Shown here in pieces: positions 1 through 10,194 of a stretch of DNA of 45,013 bases (position 1 is the first letter of the stretch; every line of letters starts with the position of its first letter). Position numbers and translations under genes: made by a program. The stretch comes from an uncultured bacterium. Its GTDB lineage: Bacteria > Planctomycetota > SZUA-567 > H5-PLA8 > CALKMO01. The notes under the pieces were generated by a model. That model was not told the DNA's origin, ran no database searches, and worked only from the letters and a program-made list of their open reading frames with translations. Location: positions 1 to 45,013 of the forward strand of contig CALKMO010000208.1 in NCBI GenBank assembly GCA_937991785.1, read 5' to 3'.

Positions 1-74
1 AAAAGACCGCGGCGAAGGCGGAGAAGAAAGCGATCGCGGATGCGGCCACCGGCACGGGCGGGGCGCCGGCCGTC

Positions 75-1154
75 GTGGGACGCGCGGAATTGACATCCCG
101 CGAACGGTTCGCGCTCATGTACAAACACAAGGAGGCCGATCACGTTCCGATCATAGATTCGCCCTGGGGGCCGACGGTCGAAAGGTGGCGGCGGGAGGGG
201 CTTCCCGAAGGAGCCCCCGCAGGCGAATTTTTGGGCTTCGACCTCACTGCAGGAATCGGCGTGGATAACAGCCCCCGCTACGAGGAAAGGGTCATCGAGG
301 AGACCGAGGAATATATAATAACATTCTCCAAGTGGGGCGCCACGCTGAAAAACTGGAAGCACAAGGCCTCCGTTCCGGAGTTCATTGACTTTACGATCAA
401 GGACAGGAAATCGTGGGAAGAAGCGAAGAAGCGGATGACGCCGTCCGAAGACCGCGTCAACTGGGAACGCCTGGAGAAGAATTACAGGGGCTGGAGAGAG
501 AGGGGCGCTTGGATATCGGCCAGCGGATGGTTCGGCTACGACGTGTTTTCGAGCTGGCACGTCGGGACCGAACGGATGCTCCTGGCCATGATCGAGGATC
601 CCGAGTGGTGCATGGATATGTTCGGCACAGCCCTGGATCTCAATCTCAAGTTGCTCGACATGATCTGGGACAGGGGCTATCGGTTCGACTGCTTCCAGTT
701 CCCGGACGACCTGGGCTACCGGAAGGGGCTGCTTTTCTCGCCGGACACGTACCGCGAAGTGCTGAAGCCTTTCCACAAGAAGGCCTGCGACTGGGCCCAC
801 GCCAAGGGCGTGGTCGTCATGCTTCACTCCTGCGGGAACGTCGCGAAGCTGATACCGGATCTCATAGATGCCGGCTTCGACGGCCTGAACCCTCTGGAGG
901 TCAAGGCCGGGATGGACCTTGTGGCGATCAAGAAGGAGTACGGCGGCAAGCTGGTGCTGCAGGGCGGCATAGACGCGCGCAAGATGAAGGACGGGGCGGC
1001 CATAGAGGAGGAAATTAGGACTAAGCTGCCTGAGGCCAAGAAAGGCGGCGGTTACATTTTCCACTCCGACCATTCGTTGCCGAGCGACATAGGTCTGAAC
1101 GATATGTGCCGCGTGGTGGCGCTGGCCAAATGGTATGGGAGCTACTCGCGCTGA
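75..1154 (+). CDS. uroporphyrinogen decarboxylase (URO-D) family protein (MtaA/CmuA-like fold)
   Basis: 359-aa ORF with the overall URO-D-family layout (N-terminal 'ELTSRERFALMY..ADHVPI', later 'MLHSCGN', 'DGLNPLE', 'GGYIFHSDHS'). It starts at GTG 75, but the frame is open back to position 3, so the true start may lie upstream of the window. Confidence 0.75.
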   Translation: MGRAELTSRERFALMYKHKEADHVPIIDSPWGPTVERWRREGLPEGAPAGEFLGFDLTAGIGVDNSPRYEERVIEETEEYIITFSKWGATLKNWKHKASVPEFIDFTIKDRKSWEEAKKRMTPSEDRVNWERLEKNYRGWRERGAWISASGWFGYDVFSSWHVGTERMLLAMIEDPEWCMDMFGTALDLNLKLLDMIWDRGYRFDCFQFPDDLGYRKGLLFSPDTYREVLKPFHKKACDWAHAKGVVVMLHSCGNVAKLIPDLIDAGFDGLNPLEVKAGMDLVAIKKEYGGKLVLQGGIDARKMKDGAAIEEEIRTKLPEAKKGGGYIFHSDHSLPSDIGLNDMCRVVALAKWYGSYSR

Positions 1155-1338
1155 ACCGTTCCGTCGGGCTTCTCAAGATCGGGCCGGCAGAGGCGGCGGC
1201 CGGACGCCTCCGCCTGCTCTTAGGCCCCGCCGTTCAGCCTCTCCGCCTCCTTATCCATCCTATGCCGCCGGAGCATGTTATGGGAACGGACCGGATCCGG
1301 CCCGGACGAGCCGCGATGGTTAAAAGAGGAGGCGGAAG

Positions 1339-1851
1339 ATGCGCGACGCGAAGGCAGGATCAAGGCCGAAGGTGGAGGTGTTCACGGACGGGGGGTGCGA
1401 TCCGAATCCAGGCCCTGGCGGATGGGCCGCCATCCTGAGGTGCCGGGAGATGGACCTTCAAAAGGAGATATCGGGGGCGGAAAGGGATACGACCAACAAC
1501 CGAATGGAACTGACGGCCGTAATAGAAGCGCTGTCATCCCTAAAGGTGCCGTGCGATGTCAGGGTCGTGACGGATTCGCGCTACCTAGCCGACGCCTTCA
1601 GGGCTCGGTGGCTTGAGAAGTGGAAGCGCAACGGATGGAGGACGGCGGACAAAAAACCCGTGAAGAATCAGGATCTCTGGATGCGCCTCGATGAACTTTG
1701 CCGAAAGCATTCTGTTGTTTGGATCTGGACGGAGGGACACGCCGGCCATGCGGAGAACGAGCGATGCGACCGCATGGTCAGGAAAGCCCGCGAGAGACTG
1801 TCGGCTGGAAACTCTGGCAGCAGATGCGAAGGGGGAGACGTTCGGTCGTAG
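1339..1851 (+). CDS. rnhA: ribonuclease HI
   Basis: Shows the RNase H signature 'VEVFTDGGCDPNPGPGGWAAIL', then 'TNNRMELTAVIEAL', 'VVTDSRYL' and 'WIWTEGHAGHAENERCD'. Confidence 0.9.
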   Translation: MRDAKAGSRPKVEVFTDGGCDPNPGPGGWAAILRCREMDLQKEISGAERDTTNNRMELTAVIEALSSLKVPCDVRVVTDSRYLADAFRARWLEKWKRNGWRTADKKPVKNQDLWMRLDELCRKHSVVWIWTEGHAGHAENERCDRMVRKARERLSAGNSGSRCEGGDVRS

Positions 1852-2007
1852 TCGGCCGGGCGCCGCAGCGGATACACATCTTCCGTCCCGGCTTCTCGCC
1901 GGCGGTCACCCGGCACCCGGAACATTTATCCTCGCGCTTCTTTTTAATCTCTCTTTTCCCTGGCGCGCATCCTCTCCTCACGGCGGCGCGCCTTTCCCCA
2001 GGCTATC

Positions 2008-4287
2008 CTATTCCCTTCCCCTAGGCGTCTCTTCTGCCCCCTTGCCGCTTCCGCCTTCCTCCGTGCGGAGGGCTCCCCTCTTCGGACGCTGCGCTTCTCT
2101 CTCGAGGCGTATCTCCAATCTCTGTTCCGTAAGCAAGAGACGCATCGTCTCGAAGGCGGAGGCTGATATCATTGGGGCAAGCGGTTTGCGCGAGGGATTC
2201 GAGATATACCCTCGGATCTTTTCCAATATCATCCTGTGCGCGTAGGGATACGCTGTCTCGGGTCTATAGCCTTCGGCTTCGAATATCAGAGCGGCCGAAG
2301 CCGGGCATGAAAACTCGAATCGGCCGCGGACCGCGTCGCTCTCGCGGATCGGCTTTCCCGGCGCCACGATCAACACTCGCCCGTCGATGGGTCTGCCGTC
2401 GGCCGCGTCGGTCATCGTTCCGGAGATTGTCGTTCGCGGGGACGCTGGTTGCGGTAAGCCTGGCGCATCGAACCATATGGGGTTGGAAAGCGAAGCGCGG
2501 CGATCGAGCGGTCTTCCGCTCTTCTCAAAGGCCCTGACGACATACCAAGCATGGGACCGCTCGCGTATGGGGAAGGTCATCTCGCGGATCTCGGTCATGC
2601 CTTCGTCGGCGGTATGCGATAATACCACTTTTCCGTTCCTGATGATTTCGACTCGGTCGAGCTGCACGCCTTTTTCGGCCGAAGCGTAAGCCTCCACGGT
2701 CAGCGTGCATGCGGAACCGTCGGCGCGGGTCGAATCCCCTGGGAAAAGGCCGCGCTCCGGGATGCTTACCATTAGTGCCGGCCCGAAGGTTACGCACAAC
2801 CTGCCTCGCGCGACGGCCTCCATTGCCTTTTCCTGAGACGGCGGCCCATCCATTCGGATAAGAGCACGTATCTCAGGCGGCTCGCCCATGCCCAGGCGCG
2901 CGCCGGAGGCGGCCAAGGCCGGCACGCGATATCCCAGATCCAAGATGCGGAACCATAGCTCCTCGGCATCTTCGGACCCGTCCAGTTCGACGGCGTCGTA
3001 TGCGGGGCCGAGCACCGTTTCCAAAGGCAGGGACGAGGCGAGGCCGATCCGAAAGGTTCCGGCTCCGCCATAGAAGTCCCTTAGCGCCTGCGGCAGCATC
3101 GGCAGGACGCCCTCCGCTTCCGCCGTAGCGTCGCCGCCCAGCCTGGCTCTCACGACGAGCCCCCCGCGAACGCGGACCTCCTCGAAGATCGCTACAGGAG
3201 GGGTAAGGGACGATATCGCCGGAGGCGGCATCCCGCTCAAATCTCCGGCGCCGAACGCGAACGCCCACCCATAGACCGGGTGGCTTCCGATCGAGGGGCA
3301 CGGGATGGCGATAAAACCGTCGCTAGATAATTCGCGGCACTTGCGCCCCATCGCGGCCGGGTCTCGCGCGGCGCCCCCGCCGAAGGGCCCGGATACTCCA
3401 AGGATCTCTATGCCTTGGCCGCGCGCGATCCGGCAGAGCGCCTCCAAGTCGCAAGTTCCATCAAAAAGCCCGCTTCCGTCCGCGGCGTTGCCGAGCCCGG
3501 CCCTGAGGTCCGCGGCATACCACCGTCCCCCGTGGCGTTCGGATCGGAATCTGGGGCGGCCCACCGCGATATCGGTCCGCCGCGCCTTCCCGGCAGCGAC
3601 CTCCAGCGAAAACTCGGTCGGCATCACGAACCGGCTGGGTCGGACGGACATCCGAACCATGCCAGGTATGGCCCTGGCCTCGAACATTCCGTTCGTCCAG
3701 AAGCCGTATCCCGGCATTTCCGATCCTGCAATCCGGTCTCCCATGTCGGTAATCTTCACGTATGCGGGGACCGTTCTTCCGGAGACGGCCTCGTAAACCT
3801 TCCCCCTTATCACGGCCACGCCGCAGCTGCGCACAGCCTTAAGCACCATTTCGGCCTTCATGTCGCGCTTAGCGTCGCCCTGCTCCATTGCCGGGGCGTT
3901 GCGCCCATCATCCCCTCTTGCCAGCCGCTTTTTCTGTTCTTCGATCTGAGCGAGTATCTTCCGCATTTCTTCGTCCGGGTCGAGCCGTGCCTCCGACCTC
4001 CATGATACGGCAGTCCCTCCGCTTCCTCCCGGGAACGGTCCCGGCGCCGCATCGTTGCGGCGCCGCGCTTCGGCGTCGGGGGCGTCAAGGCATCCGCACG
4101 CGAGCGCCAGCAACGCGGCGGCGAATGCGGCGAGAGGCGTCGCTGTAGCGGCGGCACGCCGCGGAAGGTTCAGCGAGTCGCATGGGAATACGGCCATTTC
4201 CGCCCGGACCGCCCGAGCGCTCGACATATCCATGCCGGGTTTGCGCTCCCCGGCCTGGCCGCCGCTCCGGATATCGGGGGAAGGCAT
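2008..4287 (-). CDS. secreted/lipoprotein PHP-domain (CehA/McbA-like) protein with carboxypeptidase-regulatory-like beta-sandwich domains; metal site apparently degenerate
   Basis: 759-aa ORF. It has a hydrophobic leader ending 'LLALACGC'. 'IRGKVYEAVSGRTVPAYVKI' and 'ISGTMTDAADGRPIDGRVLIV' resemble CarboxypepD_reg repeats. 'AWYVVRAFEKSG...LSNPIWFD' resembles the C-terminal end of CehA/McbA PHP hydrolases. The exact start is uncertain (several in-frame Met). Confidence 0.5.
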   Translation of the reverse strand: MPSPDIRSGGQAGERKPGMDMSSARAVRAEMAVFPCDSLNLPRRAAATATPLAAFAAALLALACGCLDAPDAEARRRNDAAPGPFPGGSGGTAVSWRSEARLDPDEEMRKILAQIEEQKKRLARGDDGRNAPAMEQGDAKRDMKAEMVLKAVRSCGVAVIRGKVYEAVSGRTVPAYVKITDMGDRIAGSEMPGYGFWTNGMFEARAIPGMVRMSVRPSRFVMPTEFSLEVAAGKARRTDIAVGRPRFRSERHGGRWYAADLRAGLGNAADGSGLFDGTCDLEALCRIARGQGIEILGVSGPFGGGAARDPAAMGRKCRELSSDGFIAIPCPSIGSHPVYGWAFAFGAGDLSGMPPPAISSLTPPVAIFEEVRVRGGLVVRARLGGDATAEAEGVLPMLPQALRDFYGGAGTFRIGLASSLPLETVLGPAYDAVELDGSEDAEELWFRILDLGYRVPALAASGARLGMGEPPEIRALIRMDGPPSQEKAMEAVARGRLCVTFGPALMVSIPERGLFPGDSTRADGSACTLTVEAYASAEKGVQLDRVEIIRNGKVVLSHTADEGMTEIREMTFPIRERSHAWYVVRAFEKSGRPLDRRASLSNPIWFDAPGLPQPASPRTTISGTMTDAADGRPIDGRVLIVAPGKPIRESDAVRGRFEFSCPASAALIFEAEGYRPETAYPYAHRMILEKIRGYISNPSRKPLAPMISASAFETMRLLLTEQRLEIRLEREAQRPKRGALRTEEGGSGKGAEETPRGRE

Positions 4288-4290
4288 CCC

Positions 4291-5496
4291 TTATACGAGC
4301 TCCGAAAGGATGGAGTTGGACACGCAGAATCCGTGCCGCGTGAGCGAGAGCCGCGAACCTTCCATGCGAGCCAGCCCCATTCCGATCCAGGTTCTTATCG
4401 CGTCTCCTTGGACTTCGGCCAGATCCAGGCCCGTCCTGCGCCTTAGGTCGTCCAAGTCCAGCCCTTCGCGCGTGCGGAGCCGCAGGATGACTTCTTCCCT
4501 GGCAGCCCGTTCGCCCTCCAGACGTTCGCGTTCGACGATCGGAAGCTTGCCGGCTGCCAGAGCGCGGCGGTATTTCCCCAGGTCGGCCGCATTTCTGTAC
4601 CTTTCGCCTCCGACGAAGGAAGCCGCCGAAGGGCCGACGCCTAGATAGGGCGCCCTGCGCCAGTAAGCCAAGTTGTGCCTGCATTCGCATCCGGGCCTTG
4701 CGAAGTTCGATATCTCGTACTGCAGCAGCCCGGCGCTTTCCAGCATATCGCAGGCATCTAGGTACATCGCGCGCATATGCTCATCGGGTGCCGGCGATAC
4801 CTTGCCGGCAGCGACGGCCTCGGCCAGCGGCGTGCCGTCCTCGACCGTAAGGGCGTAGACGGAAACATGGGCCGGATCCAGCGAGAGGGCAGCCTCGATG
4901 TCCCGGCGGAACCCGGCCGGAGTCTGCCCCGGCGCTCCGTACATCAGGTCCAGCCCCACGTTGCGGAATCCGGCCGTCCGCGCCGCATCGAAAGCCCGGC
5001 GTATTTCATCAGGACCGTGCCGCCTCCCCAGCGCGCACAGCGTACCAGGATCGAACGATTGCGCCCCGATGCTCAACCGCGTCGCACCCGACGAGGCCAA
5101 CATTCGCAATTTGCCGGCGTCGAGCGATTCGGGGTTCGCTTCGAACGTCATCTCTTCGACGCCACCAAGGTTCACGGCGCGTCCAATAATCCGTAATAGC
5201 GCCTCTATCTCGCCCGGCAGCAGCACGCTCGGCGTACCGCCGCCGAAGTATACCGTCGCCGGCCGCAGCACGACCGGACAGACAAGCGCCAGCTCTCGTT
5301 CCAAAGCGCATAGGTAGGCGGCGACCGCATCGGGGGTCCTTATTTCCGAATAGAAGTCGCAGTAGCGGCAGAAGGAAGAACAGAAGCAGACGTGTACGTA
5401 TAGCCCCCTAGGCAATACGGATCCTGCCGCCCGGTACACTTCGAGCCTTCGCGCCCCGTTCTCAGCCATCCGGTCCAGCGCCTTTCCTCCCCTCAA
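4291..5496 (-). CDS. hemW: radical SAM heme chaperone HemW / oxygen-independent coproporphyrinogen-III oxidase-like
   Basis: Contains the CxxxCxxC radical-SAM motif 'CSSFCRYCDFYS', then 'YFGGGTPS' and a HemN_C-like tail. Confidence 0.85.
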   Translation of the reverse strand: MRGGKALDRMAENGARRLEVYRAAGSVLPRGLYVHVCFCSSFCRYCDFYSEIRTPDAVAAYLCALERELALVCPVVLRPATVYFGGGTPSVLLPGEIEALLRIIGRAVNLGGVEEMTFEANPESLDAGKLRMLASSGATRLSIGAQSFDPGTLCALGRRHGPDEIRRAFDAARTAGFRNVGLDLMYGAPGQTPAGFRRDIEAALSLDPAHVSVYALTVEDGTPLAEAVAAGKVSPAPDEHMRAMYLDACDMLESAGLLQYEISNFARPGCECRHNLAYWRRAPYLGVGPSAASFVGGERYRNAADLGKYRRALAAGKLPIVERERLEGERAAREEVILRLRTREGLDLDDLRRRTGLDLAEVQGDAIRTWIGMGLARMEGSRLSLTRHGFCVSNSILSELV

Positions 5497-5535
5497 TGCC
5501 TGCCGGAAGCGCCCAGCAAGCGGGCGGCCCGTCCG

Positions 5536-7851
5536 TTAAGCCCTTTGACTCGGTTCCCCCGCCCCGCGGAATGCGCGCCCGATCTCCTCCATCGCTTCCT
5601 TGAGCTTCAGCTCGTCCTCAGGGCCCGGCACGATGCCGCCGTACCTGGTCCGTTCGAATATGCGGGTGACCTCAGCGACGGGAGCGGCTATAGCGGCCGT
5701 CCGCCTGGCCACGGTGGCCGCGAATTCGGACGGCGTTTGCGAAGGCCCGCGCGCGATTCCGCGGCCGGCGAGCATCGCCAGCAATTCATTGTAGAACCGC
5801 AGGGCCGCCTTTTGTCTCGGATGCATCTTCGAAACGCTTCCGCGCCGATCCCGCCCGCGGCCCGCGAATCGGTAGGTTGCGAGCAGCAGGCAGACGGCGG
5901 CGGCAAGCGCAGCAGCGGCCGCCGGGATCCAGCGGCCTACATACGTCTCCCGTCCGCGGTCGGATCCTATGCCGAGCGCCGATCGCAGCTTCCCGGCCGC
6001 CGCCTCTATAAGCGCCGATTGCGCGGTCGCGTCGTAGCTCAGGACGAAATCCCATGAACGGTCCACCCACCCGCGGGCTACGATTGGACGCTCGCCCGGC
6101 ATCGCCGGAGGAAGATTCTCTCCGGCAAACATCCGCACCGGAGGAACAACTGGGGGCCCGATGCGCCCGATGTCCGGCGTGGGATCGAACCGCACCCACC
6201 CGGTCCCGGCCAGGAATACTTCCGCCCATGCGTGGGCGTCGCGGTTCCTGAATACGTATTCGTCGCGCGAAGCGTCGTACTCGCCCCCGGCCAAGCCCGT
6301 CGCCAGCCTAGCTGGCACGCCGAGCGCACGGCATGACAGAACAAAGGCCGACGCGAACAGCATGCAATGCCCGGAGCGGCACCTTTCGTCCGCTATGAAC
6401 GCCGACACCAAATCGCCGGCGACCGAGGATGTCCATTCGAGATCGAGCGAATAGCGCCACCGGCCCGAATCCCTGAACAGACGCAGGAGCGCCTCGGCCT
6501 TGTCCGCGTCGCTCCTCGCCCCCGAGTCCATGGCCGCCCTGGCCGCCACCGTCTGTGCGGCCGGAGTCAGCGCGGACGCTTCCAGGCAACGTTCCCGTTC
6601 GACGCCTGCGGGAGATGACAGGTCGCCCGTCGGGACAGCGTCTCCCAAGAAATTCGGGGGCAGCAGCGAACGCACCGAATAGCGTTCTCCCATGGATATC
6701 GTCCCGCCATCCCCCGTCCACAACGTGCCGTCGCGGTCGCGGAGCACAGACGGCCACCGTATCGCGACGGCCGGCGCCATGCACAGGAAGTAACCTATGC
6801 CGCCCTGCAGGAGGATCTCGATATCCTGCAGGACTGTCGAATCCTCCGACCACGCCGGAGCCGCCGCGCCGGACAAGACCGCCGTCCATCCGTCGGCCTT
6901 GCCGTCGTCGGCATCCGACACTGCCACGCGGCCCGGCGCCGGCGATTCCCACGCTCCGTTGACATAATCCGAAAAACACAGCCCGCGCAGATAAAGGTTG
7001 CGGATCGAAACCTTATCGGCGGCCTGCCCCGAGAGCTTGAGGGAGAGCGTCTTCCTCGAATCGTACTTCAGCCTGGCGATGCCCCGAAGCGGCGCTCGTT
7101 CGCCCAGACCGGTATCGAAAGCCCATCCAGGCGCCGCTCCGCTCCGCGGGCGCCTCCCTTCCGATACAGTCCGCGTCTCCACGGGCCTTAACATCTCCAC
7201 CCAAGACATGTCGCCCAGCGCCCTTGGTGCGGCCAGGAAGAATACGGCGCCGAGCAGGAGGTCGGCGAGGACGGCCGTCCCCCATAGCGGAACCCACTGG
7301 CGCGCGCATCGCCTATCCAACCTGCCTCCGCCCCCCGCCCCGGCCTTTAGCGATAGGGATATTTCGCCGGAGCGCTCCCAGGCGAGCTTCGCGGCGCTTA
7401 CCGAGGAAAGCAGCAGGAACCACGCGGCGGCGGCCGTCAACAGCACGATCCTCAGGATCAGATCCGGACCGCCGTCCATTCTGGCCGACAGCAGCAGCAG
7501 CGCCATGTTGGCCCATATCGGGACGGCGCTCCCGCGGCGGACGCCGAAGAACGAAACCGCCTGGGAAAGGCATAGTAATCCGCCGAGTTCCTCGGCAAGG
7601 GCCGCGCCGTCGCCGGCCGTCCGGGCGTGCCAGCGGTACAAGAGGATCGGCAAGGCTGCCAGGAGGATGCCTCCCTGAACGGAAGGGCGGAGCGCCCCGA
7701 TCCTACCGGCATCCACGGTGGCGGCGGCCACGCAGGCGCAGATCGCGACGAGGACGGGCCACGCCCACGATCCGCCGGCCATCGAGAAGGCCATCGCCCC
7801 CGAAAATGCCAGCAGGTAATGCGACGCCTTGAAAGTGCGATCCAGGTTCAC
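5536..7851 (-). CDS. transglutaminase-like membrane protein (TgpA-like, DUF3488/DUF4129 architecture)
   Basis: Has a multi-TM N-terminus. The transglutaminase core reads 'GHCMLFASAFVLSCRALGVPARLATG...DAHAWAEVFLAGTGWVRFDPTP' (Cys-His-Asp). A C-terminal TM segment is followed by a DUF4129-like tail. Confidence 0.85.
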   Translation of the reverse strand: MNLDRTFKASHYLLAFSGAMAFSMAGGSWAWPVLVAICACVAAATVDAGRIGALRPSVQGGILLAALPILLYRWHARTAGDGAALAEELGGLLCLSQAVSFFGVRRGSAVPIWANMALLLLSARMDGGPDLILRIVLLTAAAAWFLLLSSVSAAKLAWERSGEISLSLKAGAGGGGRLDRRCARQWVPLWGTAVLADLLLGAVFFLAAPRALGDMSWVEMLRPVETRTVSEGRRPRSGAAPGWAFDTGLGERAPLRGIARLKYDSRKTLSLKLSGQAADKVSIRNLYLRGLCFSDYVNGAWESPAPGRVAVSDADDGKADGWTAVLSGAAAPAWSEDSTVLQDIEILLQGGIGYFLCMAPAVAIRWPSVLRDRDGTLWTGDGGTISMGERYSVRSLLPPNFLGDAVPTGDLSSPAGVERERCLEASALTPAAQTVAARAAMDSGARSDADKAEALLRLFRDSGRWRYSLDLEWTSSVAGDLVSAFIADERCRSGHCMLFASAFVLSCRALGVPARLATGLAGGEYDASRDEYVFRNRDAHAWAEVFLAGTGWVRFDPTPDIGRIGPPVVPPVRMFAGENLPPAMPGERPIVARGWVDRSWDFVLSYDATAQSALIEAAAGKLRSALGIGSDRGRETYVGRWIPAAAAALAAAVCLLLATYRFAGRGRDRRGSVSKMHPRQKAALRFYNELLAMLAGRGIARGPSQTPSEFAATVARRTAAIAAPVAEVTRIFERTRYGGIVPGPEDELKLKEAMEEIGRAFRGAGEPSQRA

Positions 7852-7901
7852 TGTGCCCTTCCCGGCATCCGCCCACGAGAACGGTCAACGGCCGGCCGCC
7901 C

Positions 7902-9173
7902 TTACGGTTCCACGCCCGCCACCTCCGCGCCTTCCTCCCCGTCGGCGAAAAGATCCCTTACGGAGACATCGCTGTCCTCCCTAGATATCCTATGGAAAGT
8001 CGTCGTGAATTCCGGGGAGCCGACTTCGATGATCTTGACGCTATTGTCGGGCGTCGCGTAGCGCGAGAGGTCCAACCCCATGCGTATAGATCCCAGCCCA
8101 ACGACGACGATGTAAGCCCTGCGCAGCGCATCCAAGTCCATCGCCTCGTAAAGCCGCAATAGGTCCTTTTCCGGCGCCGGCTTCAGTTCGGCAAGGCATT
8201 CGAGCAGCACGTCCAGGTTGCGGCGTTCCATGTTGAGATCGACCTGCATAAGGTTCGGCGCGAAGGCGGCCACGTTGACTTCGCACCCCATTCTCACGCA
8301 GTCGCGCGCCAGCGTCGCTACGAACGATACCGCCTGTTCCAGCAGCGCCTCCCCTCTCTGTCCCATCCTCCGCGTGCAGGTATCCAGGCATATGGCGACT
8401 CGCCGCATCTCGGGCCTCTCGAACTCACGAACCATGGTTCTGCCCAGGCGTGCCGATGTGCGCCAATGTATCCACCGCGGATTGTCGCCGGGACGATACT
8501 CCCGTAGTCCCCGGAAATCGTCGTCCTCCCGCGAGGGCCTCGTCCTGGCCATCCTGACAAAAGCCCTCTCCATCTCCACGTATACGCTCCGTTCCACCTC
8601 CCCCAGTCGCGGGTAGACCGTCAGCCGCCCCGGCACATCCAGCCGCGCGGCCGCAGAGAAGACCCCGAAGGGGAAGGTGGTTCTGACGATGGTCTGCCGG
8701 AAGGCATGCACGCCTCTCCGCCGCAGCCGCATCTCGTACCGTACTTTCTCCGAACCGCCGGCGGGGACCCCGGCGGCGAACGCGTGGCCGCGACGCACCC
8801 CCTCGTCGGTCAATCCTTCCTCTATGCGGAGCGCCCCGGCGGGCAGGAAGGAGGAATTAGCGATCGTCAGTGTGACGGCTATGCGATCTCCTGCAAAGAC
8901 GCGATCGGGCAATGACCGGCGCAGCGAAATGCCCCTCACGCACAAGCGTCCGAACGCGGCGCCGACCAGAAGCATCGAAAAAAGGATGGTGCCCAGCAGT
9001 AAGGGAATGTTGCCGAGCCTCGCGCCGAGCGCCACGCATATCAGTGCGGCTGCGAGTAAGGCCCACCCGTTACCGGTCATGCCCCTGGCCATCGCCGCCG
9101 GCAGGGCGGCTGCCCGCAACGCCGGCGCCAAGATGTCTTTCAAAAAGGCTCTGGACGGTGCGTAAGCGGCCAT
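7902..9173 (-). CDS. DUF58 domain-containing protein
   Basis: Carries the DUF58 hallmark 'DDFRGLREYRPGDNPRWIHWRTSARLGRTMVREFE' and two N-terminal TM helices. It sits between moxR and the transglutaminase gene, as in the common operon. Confidence 0.85.
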   Translation of the reverse strand: MAAYAPSRAFLKDILAPALRAAALPAAMARGMTGNGWALLAAALICVALGARLGNIPLLLGTILFSMLLVGAAFGRLCVRGISLRRSLPDRVFAGDRIAVTLTIANSSFLPAGALRIEEGLTDEGVRRGHAFAAGVPAGGSEKVRYEMRLRRRGVHAFRQTIVRTTFPFGVFSAAARLDVPGRLTVYPRLGEVERSVYVEMERAFVRMARTRPSREDDDFRGLREYRPGDNPRWIHWRTSARLGRTMVREFERPEMRRVAICLDTCTRRMGQRGEALLEQAVSFVATLARDCVRMGCEVNVAAFAPNLMQVDLNMERRNLDVLLECLAELKPAPEKDLLRLYEAMDLDALRRAYIVVVGLGSIRMGLDLSRYATPDNSVKIIEVGSPEFTTTFHRISREDSDVSVRDLFADGEEGAEVAGVEP

Positions 9174-9219
9174 TTTTTCCGCCCGGCCCGCCGCCGCTTG
9201 GGATGGGGAATCCCCCGCG

Positions 9220-10194
9220 TCACAGCGGCACGGGAACCTCTTCCACTATCTCCTGTACTATCTTGCGAGCGTCACGCCGCCCGCCGCTCAAGGCCCCCTT
9301 CTCGACGACGCGGTGCGCCAGCACGGCCACCGCCATACGCTTTATATCGTCCGGCAGGCAGAAGTCGCGGCCTTCCGCGAAGGCCAGCGCCTGAGCGGCC
9401 CTGTAGAGCATCAGGCAGCCGCGCGGGGAGACACCAAGCGCCAGCGCCTTCGTCCCGCGGGTCTTGTTCGCAATCTCTAGGATATAGTTGGCCAGCGCTG
9501 CATCAACCTTAACGCCCCTCACAGCCTCCTGCAGGCGGAGCACCTCGCCGGCGTCCAGGACCGGATCCAGCGTCTTATCGAGAGGCACGCCGGACCTGTG
9601 CGCCTCCAGCATCCTAAGCTCGGAGTCCCTGTCGGGGTACCCTATCGAGATCTTAGCAAGGAACCTGTCGAGCTGCGCCTCTGGGAGAGGATATGTTCCG
9701 GCGTATTCTATGGGGTTTTCGGTAGCGAGCACCATGAACGGCTCGGCCAGCTTGTAGGTCCGGCCGTCCACCGACACCTGGAAATCGTTCATGGCTTCCA
9801 GTAGGGCGCTTTGCGTCCTCGGCGTGGTGCGGTTGATCTCGTCGGCGAGCACGACATTCGAGAATATCGGCCCCCTATGGAAGACGAACTCCCCGGTCCG
9901 CTGATCGTAGACGGACACGCCTATCAGGTCGGACGGCAGCAGGTCAGGCGTGAACTGTATCCTGCGGAACTCGCAGTTGATCGAAAGGGCCAGTGCGTGC
10001 GCCAGCGTGGTCTTGCCGACGCCGGGAACATCCTCTATCAGGACGTGTCCCCGAGCCAGCAGAACCGCGACGACCTGCTTGACCGCCTCATTCTTCCCCA
10101 GTATGGCGCGCTCGATATTCTCTATCAGCCGGGCGACCTTCGCGGCCGCCTCCGGCAGGATTTCCCGCGTAGCCTTAAGTCCTTCCTGCGGCAA
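9220..10194 (-). CDS. MoxR-family AAA+ ATPase
   Basis: Walker A 'EDVPGVGKTTLAHALA' and Walker B 'VVLADEINR'. I trimmed the track ORF (9220..10269) to the TTG at 10194 because a GAGGAGG Shine-Dalgarno (10201-10207) lies 6 nt upstream. This gives a typical ~324-aa MoxR. Confidence 0.85.
   Translation of the reverse strand: MPQEGLKATREILPEAAAKVARLIENIERAILGKNEAVKQVVAVLLARGHVLIEDVPGVGKTTLAHALALSINCEFRRIQFTPDLLPSDLIGVSVYDQRTGEFVFHRGPIFSNVVLADEINRTTPRTQSALLEAMNDFQVSVDGRTYKLAEPFMVLATENPIEYAGTYPLPEAQLDRFLAKISIGYPDRDSELRMLEAHRSGVPLDKTLDPVLDAGEVLRLQEAVRGVKVDAALANYILEIANKTRGTKALALGVSPRGCLMLYRAAQALAFAEGRDFCLPDDIKRMAVAVLAHRVVEKGALSGGRRDARKIVQEIVEEVPVPL

Noticed and set aside
5536-10194. The MoxR-DUF58-transglutaminase operon, considered as a possible novel system.
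   Set aside because: This three-gene arrangement is widespread and already described, and I see nothing unusual in its domain content here.
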